Below the pieces are notes generated by a model, which had not been told where the DNA came from, did not search any database, and worked only from the letters and a program-made list of their open reading frames with translations. Both the position numbers and the translations under genes were made by a program. Shown one piece after another: positions 10,154 to 24,021 of a stretch of DNA of 64,000 nucleotides. Where the stretch lies: the NCBI GenBank assembly GCA_011109175.1, contig RDEW01000048.1:147445-211444 (forward strand), given 5' to 3'. Positions within the stretch are counted from its first letter, which is position 1. The number at the start of each line of letters is the position of its first letter. The DNA comes from Dicyema japonicum. Its lineage: Eukaryota > Animalia > Dicyemida.

Positions 10154-12577
10154 CTAGAACCGTCCTAAACGATTTAGCACGTGCTTTCCATATGTATATT
10201 TTTTCAACATATTTTCATTAGCCTGTATAATATTTAACATAATCGTCCGCTGGTTTTCATTCGAAACGTCAAACATTTTCTGTACAACGTAGTTTCCAAA
10301 CTGGTCCTTTATGAGGGCGCAAAACCTCAACGTTAAAGAAATAAGTACCCTTCTTCATCAGAAATGATTTCTTCCACGAGGAATTCACGTTCCACCGGAT
10401 TTGCATTCACAATACACTTTTCGACCACATTGCTGGCGAACTTGTGCTGAGAGAGCTCTATTAGACGGCCTTTCACCACTTTTATGATTTTTGATCGATC
10501 GGAAGGTTTCCCACGAAGGATCACGTGCTGAATGACATAATTCCCATATTGGTCCTTCATAAGCTTATCGGTATCTCTGTGGAGCTCTTCTAGAACACCG
10601 ATTGTCTGCCATTCAGGGCAGTACTCTAAAATCCGCTGAATCACTCGACAGCCGTATGAGTGAGTGGACAGATCGAAGACTTGGCCCTTGAACGAATTGA
10701 TTATAAAGTCCAAATGCAAAGAAGGAAAGCATTCTATACACTTTTGAACCACGTGGTTTCCATTCTGGTCTCGCACACATCGAATCACATGTCCTTTCAA
10801 CTCGTTGGCAATTTCCACTTGGAGATCTCTTCCAACACACTCCATGGCTTTCTGTACCACTCGACAGCCGTACATATGCAGAGTCAATCCCAATACTTCT
10901 CCGTTCAAATAGGAACATAGCCTCTCTTTATGCTCATCTGACCCAAATTCAAGGAATTTTTGGATAACGTAGTTACCGAACACGTCGGTCATCAGACTGG
11001 GATTATTCGACTTCAAACCTGTAAGCGGAGGAGGATACTTCGTTGAAAATCTCGTCCTTTTCATCCTCAGTGGCTTTCTCAAGTTTTTGTTGTATGAATC
11101 GTGACCCATGTTGATCCTTCGAAAAATCGACCACAGAGTTGCGAATGTCTCCCAGCTTGAGAAACGGCAGTCTGTTATTTCGATAGTCCTCAAGGAGACT
11201 ATTCTTGGGCGGCTCACTAAAATAACGATTTAATTATACAAATAATGCTTCATGCGAACGCTTTTATTATTCGTTCCACGTGGACTGTCTAATGTTGGCG
11301 AATATCCACCAGGAGGGTAGTTGCTTGGAGGATAGTCGTTTGGCACAGCCGGTCGTCCGTTTCCAGCTTCATTGTAATAATCTAATACTTATATAACAAA
11401 AAAGACACACATGACAATAGAATAAACTTAAAAAGCATACAACTGCGCTCAATTAAGCAAAAAAGTTGATCAAATCACCTAATATGCCCATTTGACTAAA
11501 ATAGTCTCATTTTAAAGGAAATTTACTAAGTGTCTCCTAGTATAGAATATGCACATCCATAGCAACCAGATTTATAAATGCAGACTATTCGGTCAAATTG
11601 TATATCAAACAGCTTAACTGTGCAATTCAAATGTGCAGTAAAGTTCATTTGATACGACTATGCCCCCTTAAACCTAGAATGAGTTGAGCGAATCAGTTAT
11701 TTCTAATTAAAATGCCAGGAAACTAATAAAGTCCCGTTTTAACAAGAATTAATGAATTTTTTATGAAGCCAGCTTAAATGCTCAAACATGCATTATGCAG
11801 TAACATAGTGAATATTAAAAAATAGCGAATAATAAATAACAATGCAATCTAACCACAAAACTTACCATATATATTATCAGTGTTGGGAATAGCCATGTAT
11901 GGCACATTTCTGTCGAGCCTTGACTTGTCTGAAAATTAGGTAAACGTGGTACCGTAATATGAATTCGCCCACATTCTATTTGAGTGGATAAATTCTCCGC
12001 CGGGATAATACATCCAAGAGTTCACGTAATTGGGGGGATATTCTCCCTTCATAATAATCAACACTCCCAACCCAAAAGGGATTCTGCGTTCTTGCTATGT
12101 CATAGGGAGGCATTTGTTCTCGAAAGAACGAAGGACACAATCTTGGAGGGAATCTGCTGTAAAAGTCAGGCATTCTGTCTCCTCTCGGGAAGTTCATTAA
12201 AGGAGGAGTAATCATCCCAGGATTATAAGGAGAAATCATCCCCGAATTCTACCACTGTAAAAGGAATTAACAACTGATGGGAATGAAGCGGGAGAATAAG
12301 TAGGTGAATATGGCACAGTTTGGTAGGGATTAATTTGATAGCCGTTGTTTAGGTTGATTTGCGAGAAATGGCCGCAGAGATTGTCAGTCTCTTGGCTCAT
12401 TCCACGAAATCTATTGGAGCCAAATTCAGGGAGTGGGGAGTCTTCAATTCCTGAAAAGGAGCTTGACTCCTTGGTAGAGGTGCTCTGACAGCTTGATTTG
12501 GGTTTGTCAATATGACTAAGAATGGAATGTTGATTATTATTGGTCTGAATATTTGAATTAACAAAATTCGATGCCAT
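10154..12577 (-). CDS. pum: Pumilio (PUF) RNA-binding protein, PUM1/2 type, multi-exon
   Basis: Spliced C-terminus [31 protein letters not shown]|[14 protein letters not shown]. All eight recognition motifs are canonical (SRFIQ, NYVIQ, CRVVQ, NHVVQ, CRVIQ, NYVIQ, SNVVE, NYVVQ), ending [15 protein letters not shown]. Introns of 22-25 nt; frame problem near 12240-12243. Confidence 0.95.
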
Positions 12578-14192
12578 TATTCGACATTAATAATAAATCT
12601 CCACAATAGGAACCTAAATTTAAATTAATAGCTATGTCATGGAAACAGGAAGGGGCATATAGGCTACAAATACAGCATTTGATTAAAACTTCTAGCAAAC
12701 TAGTTGGTTCCCTATAGAACACTAAGCATGTTTTAGAGAATATTTGTTTGGTATGTTGCGGTTTTGGTGCAATTTATATTTGGGACATTAAATTATCAGC
12801 GTACCTGGAGTTTATCTCAAATTATTAATCAGGTTTTATTATTTTTTTAATTTGAAACAAAATAATTAAATTAAAAAATATTATAATAAAATTAAATTAT
12901 AGCATTTTGGATGCTTTTCTAGGACTAAAAAATTAAATCTCATGTTTTATCAAACCGGATTTGGTTATTCATTTCTAGCTCCATGTGCCACAACGCTTAT
13001 TCCGAGGACTTTGGTTTTCTATTAAAATAATCAATTATTTAATCTATGAGAGAATTGATTAATTCGTAAAAATCTGACTGTTACTGCATTATTGAGCATA
13101 ATCTGGTAATGCTATTAATTTTTCTCAGAATTATTGTTAGATCTAGCCAATTATATTGGCTATGAGCATCTAATTAACTTAAATATCATAATATTAGTGA
13201 AAGGTCGAATTTTGTAATTTTAGTGGATTAAAAGCGTTTTGGATTATGTAACAGTATATATCGTTGATTCACTGTACAAACGTAAAAATAGCTAGCGTCA
13301 TAGTTCCATACGTGTTACACTAAATACATTGAAATCATGTCATTTCATTCCACTGGCTTTGTTAATTGATTATTTTTCTTCGATGACGAAGGTTTGAATC
13401 TGTTGGTTTTCTAGTGGTTTGTTGGATTTTTTGTAAACAAAGTCTCGTGCAATCTTTTGTACAAAATACTTACTTTTTTGATTCTATTTGGGTAATGGAA
13501 TCTGATATTTGAATATTGAATAATTATTATACCTTCGTCGATCGAACAGATTTTTACTTAGTTATGAATGACTTTCTCATCAGTGTATGGGTCCTTCTAT
13601 AAGCTCAGAGAATTTTCCGAGATATTTCTCTAAGATCGATGGAAACTCTATGGGGCATATACTACTTTTGGACATCGTGCCTCCAGATATGATATAGATA
13701 CTTACTTCACGCTGAATATGAATAGATATATAACTACACCACCTGTCCTTAACGGTGACCCATCAAAGATAAACTTAAGCGCGTCTGTTGTGGCTACCAT
13801 ACGACTTTACAAGATTATATAAACAATCAGACATTCAGCTTCATCGCTGTTCCTCTTCTGTTTCCATGACGACCAAAATACGAACCACCTATTCTCTTAT
13901 CCTGGTCCGCCTTCAATTTCCCCCATACAAGTTTCATCTTACTGATATAAATGAGCTTCATCTTTAAATTAAATTATTATAATAATAATGAGCTTCATCT
14001 TTTGGTTGTTACTTAAATTTCTTTCACTTGAAAAGACTGGGAGTAAATAAATTAACTAACAAATTATTAAATTAATTAAATTATCGATCTTTCCCCCCCA
14101 ATGCTTGACCACGCCGCAATCAAAAATAATGGCTCCGGCTTCATCGGTCTGTGTAGTCAAGAAACAAGGCGTTTCTTTCATTCAAGGCTAGA

Positions 14193-14400
14193 GGCCTCAA
14201 ATACACGAAATTTGAGCAAAAACCCACCCCTCTTCAAACTCTAATGAAAGATGATCGTCGTCTATTCAGGAAAGCCGTGGGTACTCTGGAGGAACATAAG
14301 AAAAACCTCTCGATCCTGTTGAGGCGTTCCGGGATCACTTAATTAGTTGGTTTACTCCTTCTTTCTTGGTGTTCCCTTTTCGGGGTTATTAAATAAATAA
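14193..14400 (+). mobile_element. Family G copy 2
   Basis: Near-identical to 2416-2636. Confidence 0.75.
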
Positions 14401-14425
14401 ATTCTAGGTTCAATAATTTTCTTTG

Positions 14426-14665
14426 GCCGCGTGATTTCTCTTCCTTCTTTCTGGTGGCGTCATTGGATCCACCTTACTCCGGAGATGCCTGGCCGGGATT
14501 CAAAAGGATCCATCTATTCATTCACCGGGAGACAATTTCGCTTTCTGGCGACGAGTTATGGAATCGACCTCAGCTTCCCGGACAACGCTTTCTGGATCAC
14601 TGTGTTTGGAAAAGAGTTCTGCTGGAACGCGTCAGGGTCGCCTTGGTCTTTGGAATAATTTAATT
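14426..14665 (+). mobile_element. Family C element
   Basis: Begins GCCGCGTG like family A. Core GGCGTCATTGGATCCACCTTACTCCGGAGATGCC...CAAAAGGATCC; ends CCTTGGTCTTTGGAATAA. Confidence 0.8.
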
Positions 14666-15039
14666 AATTAATCGACAGGATGTCTTCAAAGGAACTTAAA
14701 AACTTTTTGCAAGTGATTCCAATCATTATCTTTATTCACATTTTTCATTTTGAAATAAACAAGTCATATACTGAGTACAAATTCTCATATTAAAATTAAT
14801 AATTCTCACACTAAAAAACCATTTTATTCTCAAAACACAAGGTTTTTATTCTTAAACAGAAATTACTTATATAACTTTTTAAGTTATATGAATGAATACT
14901 CTCAATGAATTTAATTTCCCCCATCTATCTCCCAATCCTTGAGGTTTAAGACTATCTTTACACATTTCTTATATCAATTAGCCGGTTTCTCAACATTTAT
15001 TTCGTATCGCCCCTATGATAACTATAGATAGTAATGCTA

Positions 15040-15520
15040 TAACTTTATTTTTGGGGACTTGAGGCTGCCGGATTTCCTGTCCAATTGGAGCCGCTTGGAC
15101 TTGCTCAAGCCAACCGAAAACCTGACGGAACCTTTCTTTTCCCATGGAAGAGTAATAAATACGTTGCTTGGGACGCCATCTGTGTCGATAGCCTCTCTCC
15201 TCCAACCTCTCAACGACAGTAACTGACCCAGATCAGCTTCAGAGAAGGCTGAGACCCTAAAAATAAAAAATACGCATATCTTGGAGGACAATTCATCTTC
15301 GAACCAGTGGCAGTCGAAACGACAGGAATAATTGGAGGCGGGTCACTGACCCTGCCAACTCGTTCATCACAAAAAAGAAAAACGATAGAAGAGAAAGGAG
15401 CTGGCAGTGAGCGAATTTCCTTGCAAATCGTAGAGGGAAATACGTTTTCAACTATGAGAGCAGCCAGCAGTTGCTAACTGTTAGTTTTTGCGTTTTTCTT
15501 CTGTTGTTTAATAAAGTTTG
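15040..15520 (+). mobile_element. CRE-like non-LTR retrotransposon 3' fragment (restriction-like endonuclease)
   Basis: Degenerate reading EPLGL...KPDGTFLFPWKSNKYVAWDAICVDSL...KKYAYL..FIFEPVAVETTG is the PDG..PW..WD..DT / KY / PVA.ET.G pattern of CRE-clade REL domains. Confidence 0.7.
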
Positions 15521-16619
15521 TAAATTAAATGTGAAAAATTTAGACTCGTCGATTTCCACGACTTTTGGTTCTATTAATTAGCAAAATAAATTTAAACGAT
15601 TGTTTTCGTCAAGTCCACCAAGCAACTGTGGGACTGTCTCGAACCATGTCTCGCATGTTTCTCGACAAAAGTTATTCCAGTCCACAACAGTTTTCTTGGA
15701 TATTTCGAGTTCGAAAGCTACTTCGTAAACGAGATGTTCCTCTCGCCCACATACACGTTAGCTCCAAAATTGTTCTAAGACTTAGATGGCTATTTAAAAA
15801 AATAACAAAGATGCACTACCTTCAAACCATGAGTGATTTCTGATGCTCGTCCTTTTCGTATACTTTTTGCATTTCAATATATGTTTATCGACCACTTGAT
15901 TCAACACAAAAAAGTGACAATCTGCAGTAAATTGTGTTCCTTATCAAACGCTGTGCTGCACACCACTTTATGCATTCCTCCAGACTCTGTGTACCCAATG
16001 TTGTATTATATGTATCTCACATCTGACATTAAAACAGATTGATTGCCAAATACAACTGATTCATCAAGCCGTGCTGTAAATTTTGTTTTTCGGAGAAAAA
16101 TAATTAAGGAATATTGGAGATCTTCAATTCTTCTTCGCAATGTTTCGTTACTGAATGGAATATTTTTAGTACTTATAAAGATTCCCTCGTAGAATACTTT
16201 TTATAAACAATTCTACACAGGAAAGTACAACTCCCTCAGCAATCGAATGAGGATTACCTATATAAATTAAAATAAAGAAAAAACCAGTATTGGCGATAAT
16301 TTCTTTAATTATAGTTTTGGTTTAGGCTGCTAAAAATTCAATATTTTTCATGGTGATTGAAGATGCTTACGTTTTTCGTGTTCTAATAAGCAAGAAGGCT
16401 CATTAGAAAAATCCGCACCACATTGCAAAAACACGGTTTATAGGATCCTTTGGATTTTGAATAAAAATAACAATCACATAATTTTCTTACTTTTTTAACA
16501 GATCACATCAAAAAGTTGCACGCTTTGTTATTTAAATTATATAAAATAATTTTATTTGTAAATATATTTTAATTAAAAATCTTTAATTATTATTATCGTC
16601 CCTTGACTAATAAAACTGT

Positions 16620-17190
16620 CGGTCTTCATGGGTTGAAACTGTAAGAAAAAAAATCTAGTGCAATGAGGTTTTTCGGTCGGAATGGTAAAGGAAATCAGAA
16701 AGACTCCGTATGAGGAATCAACATTGCGAGCTCCCTAAAGTATCTCGGAACAGCTTTTGAGAAATCTGGTAGCACATTGTGCGATTTTAAGCTCAAAAGG
16801 GAGACAGCCCTTATGCGATATTGTGTATGAGGAAATTGAGACTCGAAATGGATATGTTTTTATTTATTTTTTCATGTACGATTATTCCATCACTCCTTTA
16901 TGGACTGGATGGATGGTATTACACTGCGTACAAAGAGCGTTTTATCTTGCTTCTTAAAAAATCGAGGAGAGCAGGGATCAAGATTGTCCTACACAAATGG
17001 CTCGACGAGAAGCAAGATGAAAATGAAAATTTGCTAGTAATGTCGATAAGAGATGCAGCAGAAAAAAGAATGGTAAACTCCTAAAAAGAGATGCCGTCAT
17101 TGACTCGTATGTTGCAGCACAGAATAAACGATAAGAGGAATCTGAGAGCGCAGAGAAGAGTCCAAGCGTTTGCAGGACTTGTGGTATGAA
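16620..17190 (+). mobile_element. LINE RT C-terminal fragment, decayed
   Basis: SLKYLG and CTIIPSLLYGLDGW motifs typical of the LINE RT thumb region; frameshifted. Confidence 0.4.
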
Positions 17191-17860
17191 GCCAAATAAC
17201 TCCCTCTTTAATTTTCCTTGCTAATAAAGTTGTTAAAGTTAAAAAGTTAAGGAATGAGAATAGCGATTATTCGAGGTTAAAATCCTAAAATGGAGAGAAA
17301 CAACACAGAAAAAACGAAACTGGGACTTAATACGAGGGTATTATCATTTAGGGTCCTATCTTTTACTTTTCTTGCACCCTCCCTTTTTTATCGACCCGCA
17401 GATTACGTACGAATCTGACTTTAATCTCTCATAAACCATCGATCCAACCATTTACTTCGTTGCGAACCGAACTAAGAAGCTTCTAGTCTAGATCCTCGCT
17501 CATGAAGAAGCGTGAACAATCAATTTAAATATCCAAGCAATATAAATTTACATTTCAAATTCCTCGAGACAAGTGGTTAATTGGTAGGAAGGTTGATCTC
17601 TATTGTCTACATGGCTTCGTGATAGATGAAACCCCTTGTTTCTTTTTTTCGAACATGAACAAGGCGACCCATTCAGAAGTCATCGGGAACTCGAAGTTAT
17701 GAGTAACAGAAGTATCGGAAACACGTAGGTTTCAGGTTCATATCTTGTCCAGCTCATAATTGAAAGAACTCGAAGGATCATCCATCAGAAGCTGCACGTG
17801 TCAAATGACGGCTAATATGATTCTACTTATTTACTAATAATTCTTCAAGCATTAATCATA

Positions 17861-20446
17861 TTAAGGATAAACAAAACTTGTTAGTAAGGCGTAATTAATA
17901 ATCTCAATTTTTTGGAGATTCTGCAGGCTTGTTTTTCTTTCCGAGAATTTTCATCAAGTTTTTGCTCATGTAATAGGGTTTTTCCTGAGATCCGTCATTT
18001 TTTTCAAGATCATCCACTAAAATTGGTTATATATTCTGTACAGTAGCACAAAAATAGAGTCGCCACTCCTGTGCTGAATATTTCAAATATTGCTCGGCTG
18101 GTTATAAAAGCTACAAGTCCAACAACCTGAAATATAGTTATATCTTGAACATACCACTATCGGGACCACGGCATAACTTAATTGTCTGTCTCCCAAGCCG
18201 ATTGAAGCCTGAATACTCAGAATTTGACTGAACGTTGGAATAAACCACACATAAGCCAGTAAAACTAAGTCTAACTATATTTGACCACCCGTCAACGCTG
18301 TACTACCAAGGACACAGAAAACGATGATCATTTTGGCGAAAAAGTCAGCCACAAATTTTCTATAATTTTAAGTAAAATTACCCCATTATATTTCGTATTA
18401 TTAAAGAAAACGCGTTTTTAGCCGAAACGCAGAAATTCTTCCCATAAATCATCATCTGCTGATAAATTGTATTTAAAACCTGAATATACGCATTTTGAGT
18501 GAGGAACTTGAGGAACTTCTCAAGGCACCAAAAACAGCATCTCATAAGACTATTTTAAATTTTAAAGGAAATATTACCATAATAGTACCTGGATCACTTT
18601 GTTGTTATATTTTTTCAGTTTATAGGAGATGTACTCCAGAATAGCTCTAATAAACTTTACTATGGCGATAATAAGTGATCCAAATGCAATTGATCCGAGA
18701 TGGTATCTTTTCGTAAAAATAGAACGAGGTACCTCACTATTACCACAAAGGATTTGATTACGGGGGAAACTGGAATATCCTTTGGTTTGTTAAGAGCCCA
18801 GTAATATCCACTAAATGAGCCAGCAATGACACAAATATTGAAGCCATCGATGTACTGAATCAGCCAAAACCACATAAATAAGACATATGCAAGCAAATAC
18901 GGACGATATCTAAATCCCTTACTTTAGATTATACGTGGTGTCTCCATATGAGACAAAACGACATGCAGAGCCTGCTACCCCTGCAGCGGAAGCATTACAG
19001 TTTATCGAGTTCACAGCAGTTGCTACATTGTTTGTTATAGTCGTCCCGGTGACATTGGCATAGGTTTTGGATCCCATAGTTTGTAAATACCTATTTTATT
19101 TATCTCAGCAAATACCCAGCAATGGCAACACAGAAAATTGTAACGAGTAACATTTCGGCAACAGGAATCACTGTCCAGAAAAGGAGACCCCAAACGTAGG
19201 CCATTGCTCTGAAATTAATACTAAAATACTTTGATGTTTCTTTCAATAGTTGAATTGCTACTCTAATATTTTTCCAGCAACCGAGAATAACGAGCAATAA
19301 AATTGCCAAAAGTCCCCCAAGAACGCAACCAATAGTCAAATTTAAATTGTAATAATCTCCATATGACTTTACATTCGTTGTGAGAGATCCGGGCCACGCT
19401 TCAGCCCCGCTGTTTTTTAGTTGATTGTATCGAGTAATAAAAAAGTAAGTTCCTACGCGTTATCATAAAATTTACCAAATCCCAGGGCAACAATCATGGC
19501 TAACAGTCCAACTGCTATTATAACTCCTGCAAAGCATCTCAAGAGTATGACGAATATTAGAGCAATAAAAACAGAAACCACAAAAAATCTAAAAATTGAT
19601 TTTTAAAATAAACATTAATATATCATATTTTGTATTGATTATATCTCCCATAGCAGCAATGACCATTGTTTGTAACTTGGCATAAACTCCTTGAGAACTA
19701 AATATACTTGATGTGCATAAAACTTGGCTAGATTTTGAATGCTACTAACAGTCATGTTCGAACTACTTGAGAGGCTAACAGAAGAGCTTGTATTTCCCGT
19801 AAAAGTAGAAAGCAACATGGATGGAAGACATCTCTGATAAACTATCATAAATATATGACACATTCCCAACCGCTCGTGGACTCTAGCGTGAAAGTGGGAC
19901 ATTTTGAATTTGACACTATGGTGGAATACTAAAATAAACTATCACGACAAACTGTATCAGAATTAGTAGTATTCACGCAATATCCATTCGAGATGAAAGT
20001 TTGGAAATTTAAAGGAGTAAGGAAATCGTTGGTTGAAGGACAAGCGCTCACACAGACCTTATTGAATCGTTATTAATACCTGCGGCGTAGGACAGCCTTT
20101 TGTCAATATTAGAGGACCCATTTGAAGACAAGTAATGAAATTATAAAATAGTAGATATTTCTTATTTCTGCAATTATCAGGACTATCAAACGTGTAGTCG
20201 TATCCATTTCCATTATTGACCCCACAGATATTCCCCATCGAATCAGTTGGGTATATCAACTGCTTGATATCACCATAAAGGAAAGCTGATAATAAAACCA
20301 CTACAAACCGATTATTCCAACAGCGAATAAGCCAATCAAAAATATTACGAAAAGAATGAGGCACAAAATATCAGTACAGCCACTATGTTGACAAATTATA
20401 ACTACCGATTTTTCGATAAGCCAAATGTTTTTACTTTATTTGCCAT
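17861..20446 (-). CDS. Choline transporter-like protein, SLC44/CTL family (SLC44A2/4/5 group), multi-exon
   Basis: Spliced [57 protein letters not shown] (introns 23, 23, 24, 22 nt), internal [13 protein letters not shown] and [16 protein letters not shown]-terminal [28 protein letters not shown]. Paralog not assignable. Confidence 0.9.
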
Positions 20447-21999
20447 TCCAACTATAAAAAGTAAATTATTGACATTTAATTGATTGAATGATTAAACATA
20501 TGGGAAAATAATAACATCAAATATGGAAGCAAACCTTTAAATTATGGAACCGGTGATATATCGGAATATATATGTATTTTACTATGACGACGGTTAATAA
20601 AAATCAATACTAATATTTTATCAATAAAAAATGAAGCCATTAAAAAGAAATTATTTGTTGTTGAAATTTATATAAAATATTGAGCCATAACTATAACCAA
20701 AAATTTCACCAAAATTTAACGAGTTAAATGTTTTCATGGTAATCAATATTACGTATAATCTTGATATTTAAAACCTCAAATTAAAATTATCCATTTCAAT
20801 GATTTTTTACATTAGCATTAACTCTAAAACAAAGTGTTAAAAGTGGGTGATAAGGGTACTATGAGTCTTACTGTAGCTTGGACTTTCCTCAAACGTCTCT
20901 TTCCATCATTTAGTAATTTACACGTACTCGCTCATGGAAGTCCATAGTTAGACTCCCTTGTAAGAAATTCCCCATCATTTTTTGATTGAAGTTTTTAAAT
21001 AAGTCTACTTTAATCACAGAATTTGTCAAAGTAGATAATTATTATTACACACTTGAAAGTAGTCAAGTGTGCCTCTGTTAATTTTCAACAAGCTTAGTTT
21101 ATTATTAAACATAAACAGTAAACGACTACTGGCTGGTCTCAGAATTGAGAACGCATTCCCTGACGATTCGTACGGAAATGCTCTCATGAGCCAGGTTTAA
21201 CAACGTTGATATTCCATGGATAAATTTAATTTGAAGTTATTTAAATTTGTAAATAATGGATAATTTTGACACCACCGTTATTCAGATTATCGTTAGACGT
21301 GTAAAAGTCACTCAAGATTATCTGTCTACCTGCCTATCGTGTAAATCAGTAATTATTTTATCAAAATGTATCGCTGTTATTACGCTTACTCGTGCTCTCC
21401 CTCATAGTTAATAAATAATATTAGTTAATAATTTTATCAAATGTTCGCAGTTATATTTATGAAACTAAGATGACATCGTGTTGGTAGATATGCAGCTTTA
21501 GACCCAATTCAAATTAAGGAAAAAACCGGGAACATTTCTTTCACGATGTGTCAATAAATTAAACAAAATCAATGAAGACATAGATGGTCGATAAATTCTC
21601 AAGGGATACCACTGCTTTAATTTATGTCGAAACGGAGGTCCTCTACTTGCTTTGAAAATACTTTCCTTACATACTAGATAATCGATAATGGGGACGATTT
21701 GCACACTGGTCTCGATATTTAAGTCAAAGCGCCTTAGAATTGCCATCTTTCGATGCAATTCTCGGTGTTTCGTGGTAGCTGGGACCTGTTTTCTTTTCTA
21801 TCGTTTAATAAATTGTTCGATTTATGAGTCTTTTCTTATTCTAGGACCAGTTGACCTAGTGGCTGATTGATCGGAGGGTTTAGCTATTGATGTAGTTCTG
21901 ACTAGGGAGGAGAATTATTCATACCCTCGGTGATCAAATTCGGATTCTACGAAACATCCCAGATACTGAGTCCTCTCATTAACGAAAGAAAACAATCAA

Positions 22000-22385
22000 G
22001 GATATCAGAACCCTTGGTATTAACACTAAAGCCATCAGAAGCCTTGGTATCAACAAGCTTCTGGAACATATTCCACCTATTGCTGTTGGAAGCAAAACTT
22101 CCCCAAAGCGGGAAATTCATATCCACTTGGCGCGCCTACGTTGTGGTTACCACATAGATTTAAATTCATATCTTTACAAGATTGAACAATAGTCCTCTCC
22201 ACTATGCCCATCATGATTTTCTTGACGATTAGTAGGCGGGTCACCTGTTTTTCTTATCCGGCTCCACCTTCGAGTTCTACACAGAACCAAATATACCAGT
22301 CGGATCTCGTCCACTCTTGGTGTAACGTTTTTCTTAGCCACCCGATCCTTTCACTCAAGAGGACCGGGGGAAAATAAATAAATAA
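22000..22385 (+). mobile_element. I/Jockey-like LINE 3' fragment
   Basis: HLARLRCGYHIDLNSYLYKI..SSPLCP resembles the L.RLR.GH...YL..I...SP.CP pre-zinc-knuckle motif; A-rich tail AAAATAAATAAATAATAAAA. Confidence 0.5.
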
Positions 22386-23145
22386 TAAAATAGGAAAATT
22401 TTTATCAAGCAAAAGTAAAAAAATGTGTTGTTGTGGTGGAAAAAGCATCTCGATGGAAAGACAAAAACATGGATTCAGTGAAAATCAATTCCAGCTTTTT
22501 CCATCCATTTGTATTACTTCGGTTAATTTGTACAATCCGCCGGTTTTGCTGTTTAATAAATACTAGGAAGCGTGGAATCCACCGCTCTGGTTGTGGAGAT
22601 TTCTTCACCTCGGTACATAAATATCGACAAGGGAACCAAGGTTTTTGGATTTCAAAGACTGGCGGATTCCAGAGGAAAATTGTAATTTTATATGAAATTT
22701 ACATAATGTTAAGTGGAAAAAATCGTTAAGAGCTGGAATTCAAGAAGAACTATACAATTGCTTTTAAACAAATCCATTCTATTAGAGGTTCCCAAAACAT
22801 AAACTATATAATCAAATTTGGAAACAGGAGGATAAATTCAATAACAATTGGATATGGTAAATAATATGAAATACAAAATATGTAAAATATCTTCAAATAA
22901 ATTATAAACTTCCAAAATATATACCTTCAAATATTAAATTTAAAAATTAATTGTCTAAAATTAAGAAAATTGACCCATAGACAAAAATACTGAATACACT
23001 AACCACAACAGACATCCACACCACGTTAACACATGTGAGTACTTTTTTATTTAATTTAATTATGATAAATATATTATTTATATAATTTAATTTAGATATA
23101 ATTTTAACCTCAAAACCATCCATGATATGATGTAGTTAATTCTTA

Positions 23146-23385
23146 GCTGCGTGGCGGTATCCACCTTACTCAGAAGACGCCTAATGCCTTGCTGGCATCT
23201 AAAAGAATCCAAACTATTCTTTTCATCGGGAGATAATTTCGTTCCCTGGGGACGAGTTCTGGAATCGTCCTCAATCCGCGGACAATGTCCTCTGGATCAC
23301 TGTTCTTGGGTGAAGGTTCTGCTGGAAGGCGTCGTGATCAAGGAATTGTTAGTTTGGATTTAGCCTTGGTCTTTTGAATAATTAT
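23146..23385 (+). mobile_element. Family C element
   Basis: GCTGCGTGGCGGTATCCACCTTACTCAGAAGACGCCTAATGCCTTGCTGGCATCTAAAAGAATCC...CCTTGGTCTTTTGAATAA. Confidence 0.75.
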
Positions 23386-23519
23386 TATTTATGAGGTAAC
23401 TCTGTATTGCTTTTGACTCTTTCCCTACAAAATTCCTGACGAGAAAATAATACTGTTCAAAAATTCCCAGAAAATAGAAATTTTCTTAGCTGCCGAAGAG
23501 GAAAAGTTGTGACAAATTT

Positions 23520-23900
23520 CTGCCAATCCATGTCGAAAATTTCTTCCAAACGGCGTTCCAAAAGGATTTTATTTTGTCGCCATCGCTTTTTAACCTTTTT
23601 TTGGACGACTTACCAACCAGCAACTACAATAATTTAATAACTCTCGCTTATGCAGACGATATCATTTTCGCGAGGAAAGAAAAATAATTTTGACAGTCAT
23701 CAAAAAGTTACAACATATGCTCAACAGACTTAACATGTGGTGAAGCTAACTCAATCTATACGTACATGACTTATCTTTTTGTTACATCAAATAGAATATT
23801 AGTAAATCGACTCTCAGGGGTTCATTCTCCCAAAGGAAAAATCGCCATAAACGAGCTTACACGAATGAGTCGTTTCCCGAGAGAAACGCGGGGAAATTTG
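23520..23900 (+). mobile_element. LINE RT core fragment; a related fragment is on the minus strand at about 35800-36060
   Basis: GVPKGFILSPSLFNLFLDDLP..ITLAYADDIIF corresponds to the RT QG.xLSP and YADD motifs. Confidence 0.65.
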
Positions 23901-24021
23901 GGATCGATACCATTTTTGCAAGGCAAAACAAATTGTTCTTGTGCAACACCGCATTCTCTCATTGTGCATGCTACATAACCATTTGGATGGGCGAACGAAG
24001 AAACTCAGATTTATTTATTTA

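Noticed and set aside
13370-13960. Minus-strand gene-like region with several GT-AG micro-intron candidates
   Set aside because: No stop-free spliced frame or recognisable domain could be built by hand; left unresolved.
14466-14480. DPPY peptide in the family C reading frame as an adenine-methyltransferase motif IV
   Set aside because: It falls on the conserved GATCCACCTTAC structural core, is not kept in other copies, and no other MTase motifs are present.
21155-21200. CTGACGA...GAAA as a hammerhead ribozyme core
   Set aside because: No stem II between CUGACGA and GAAA and no correctly placed NUH. It folds as a simple hairpin.
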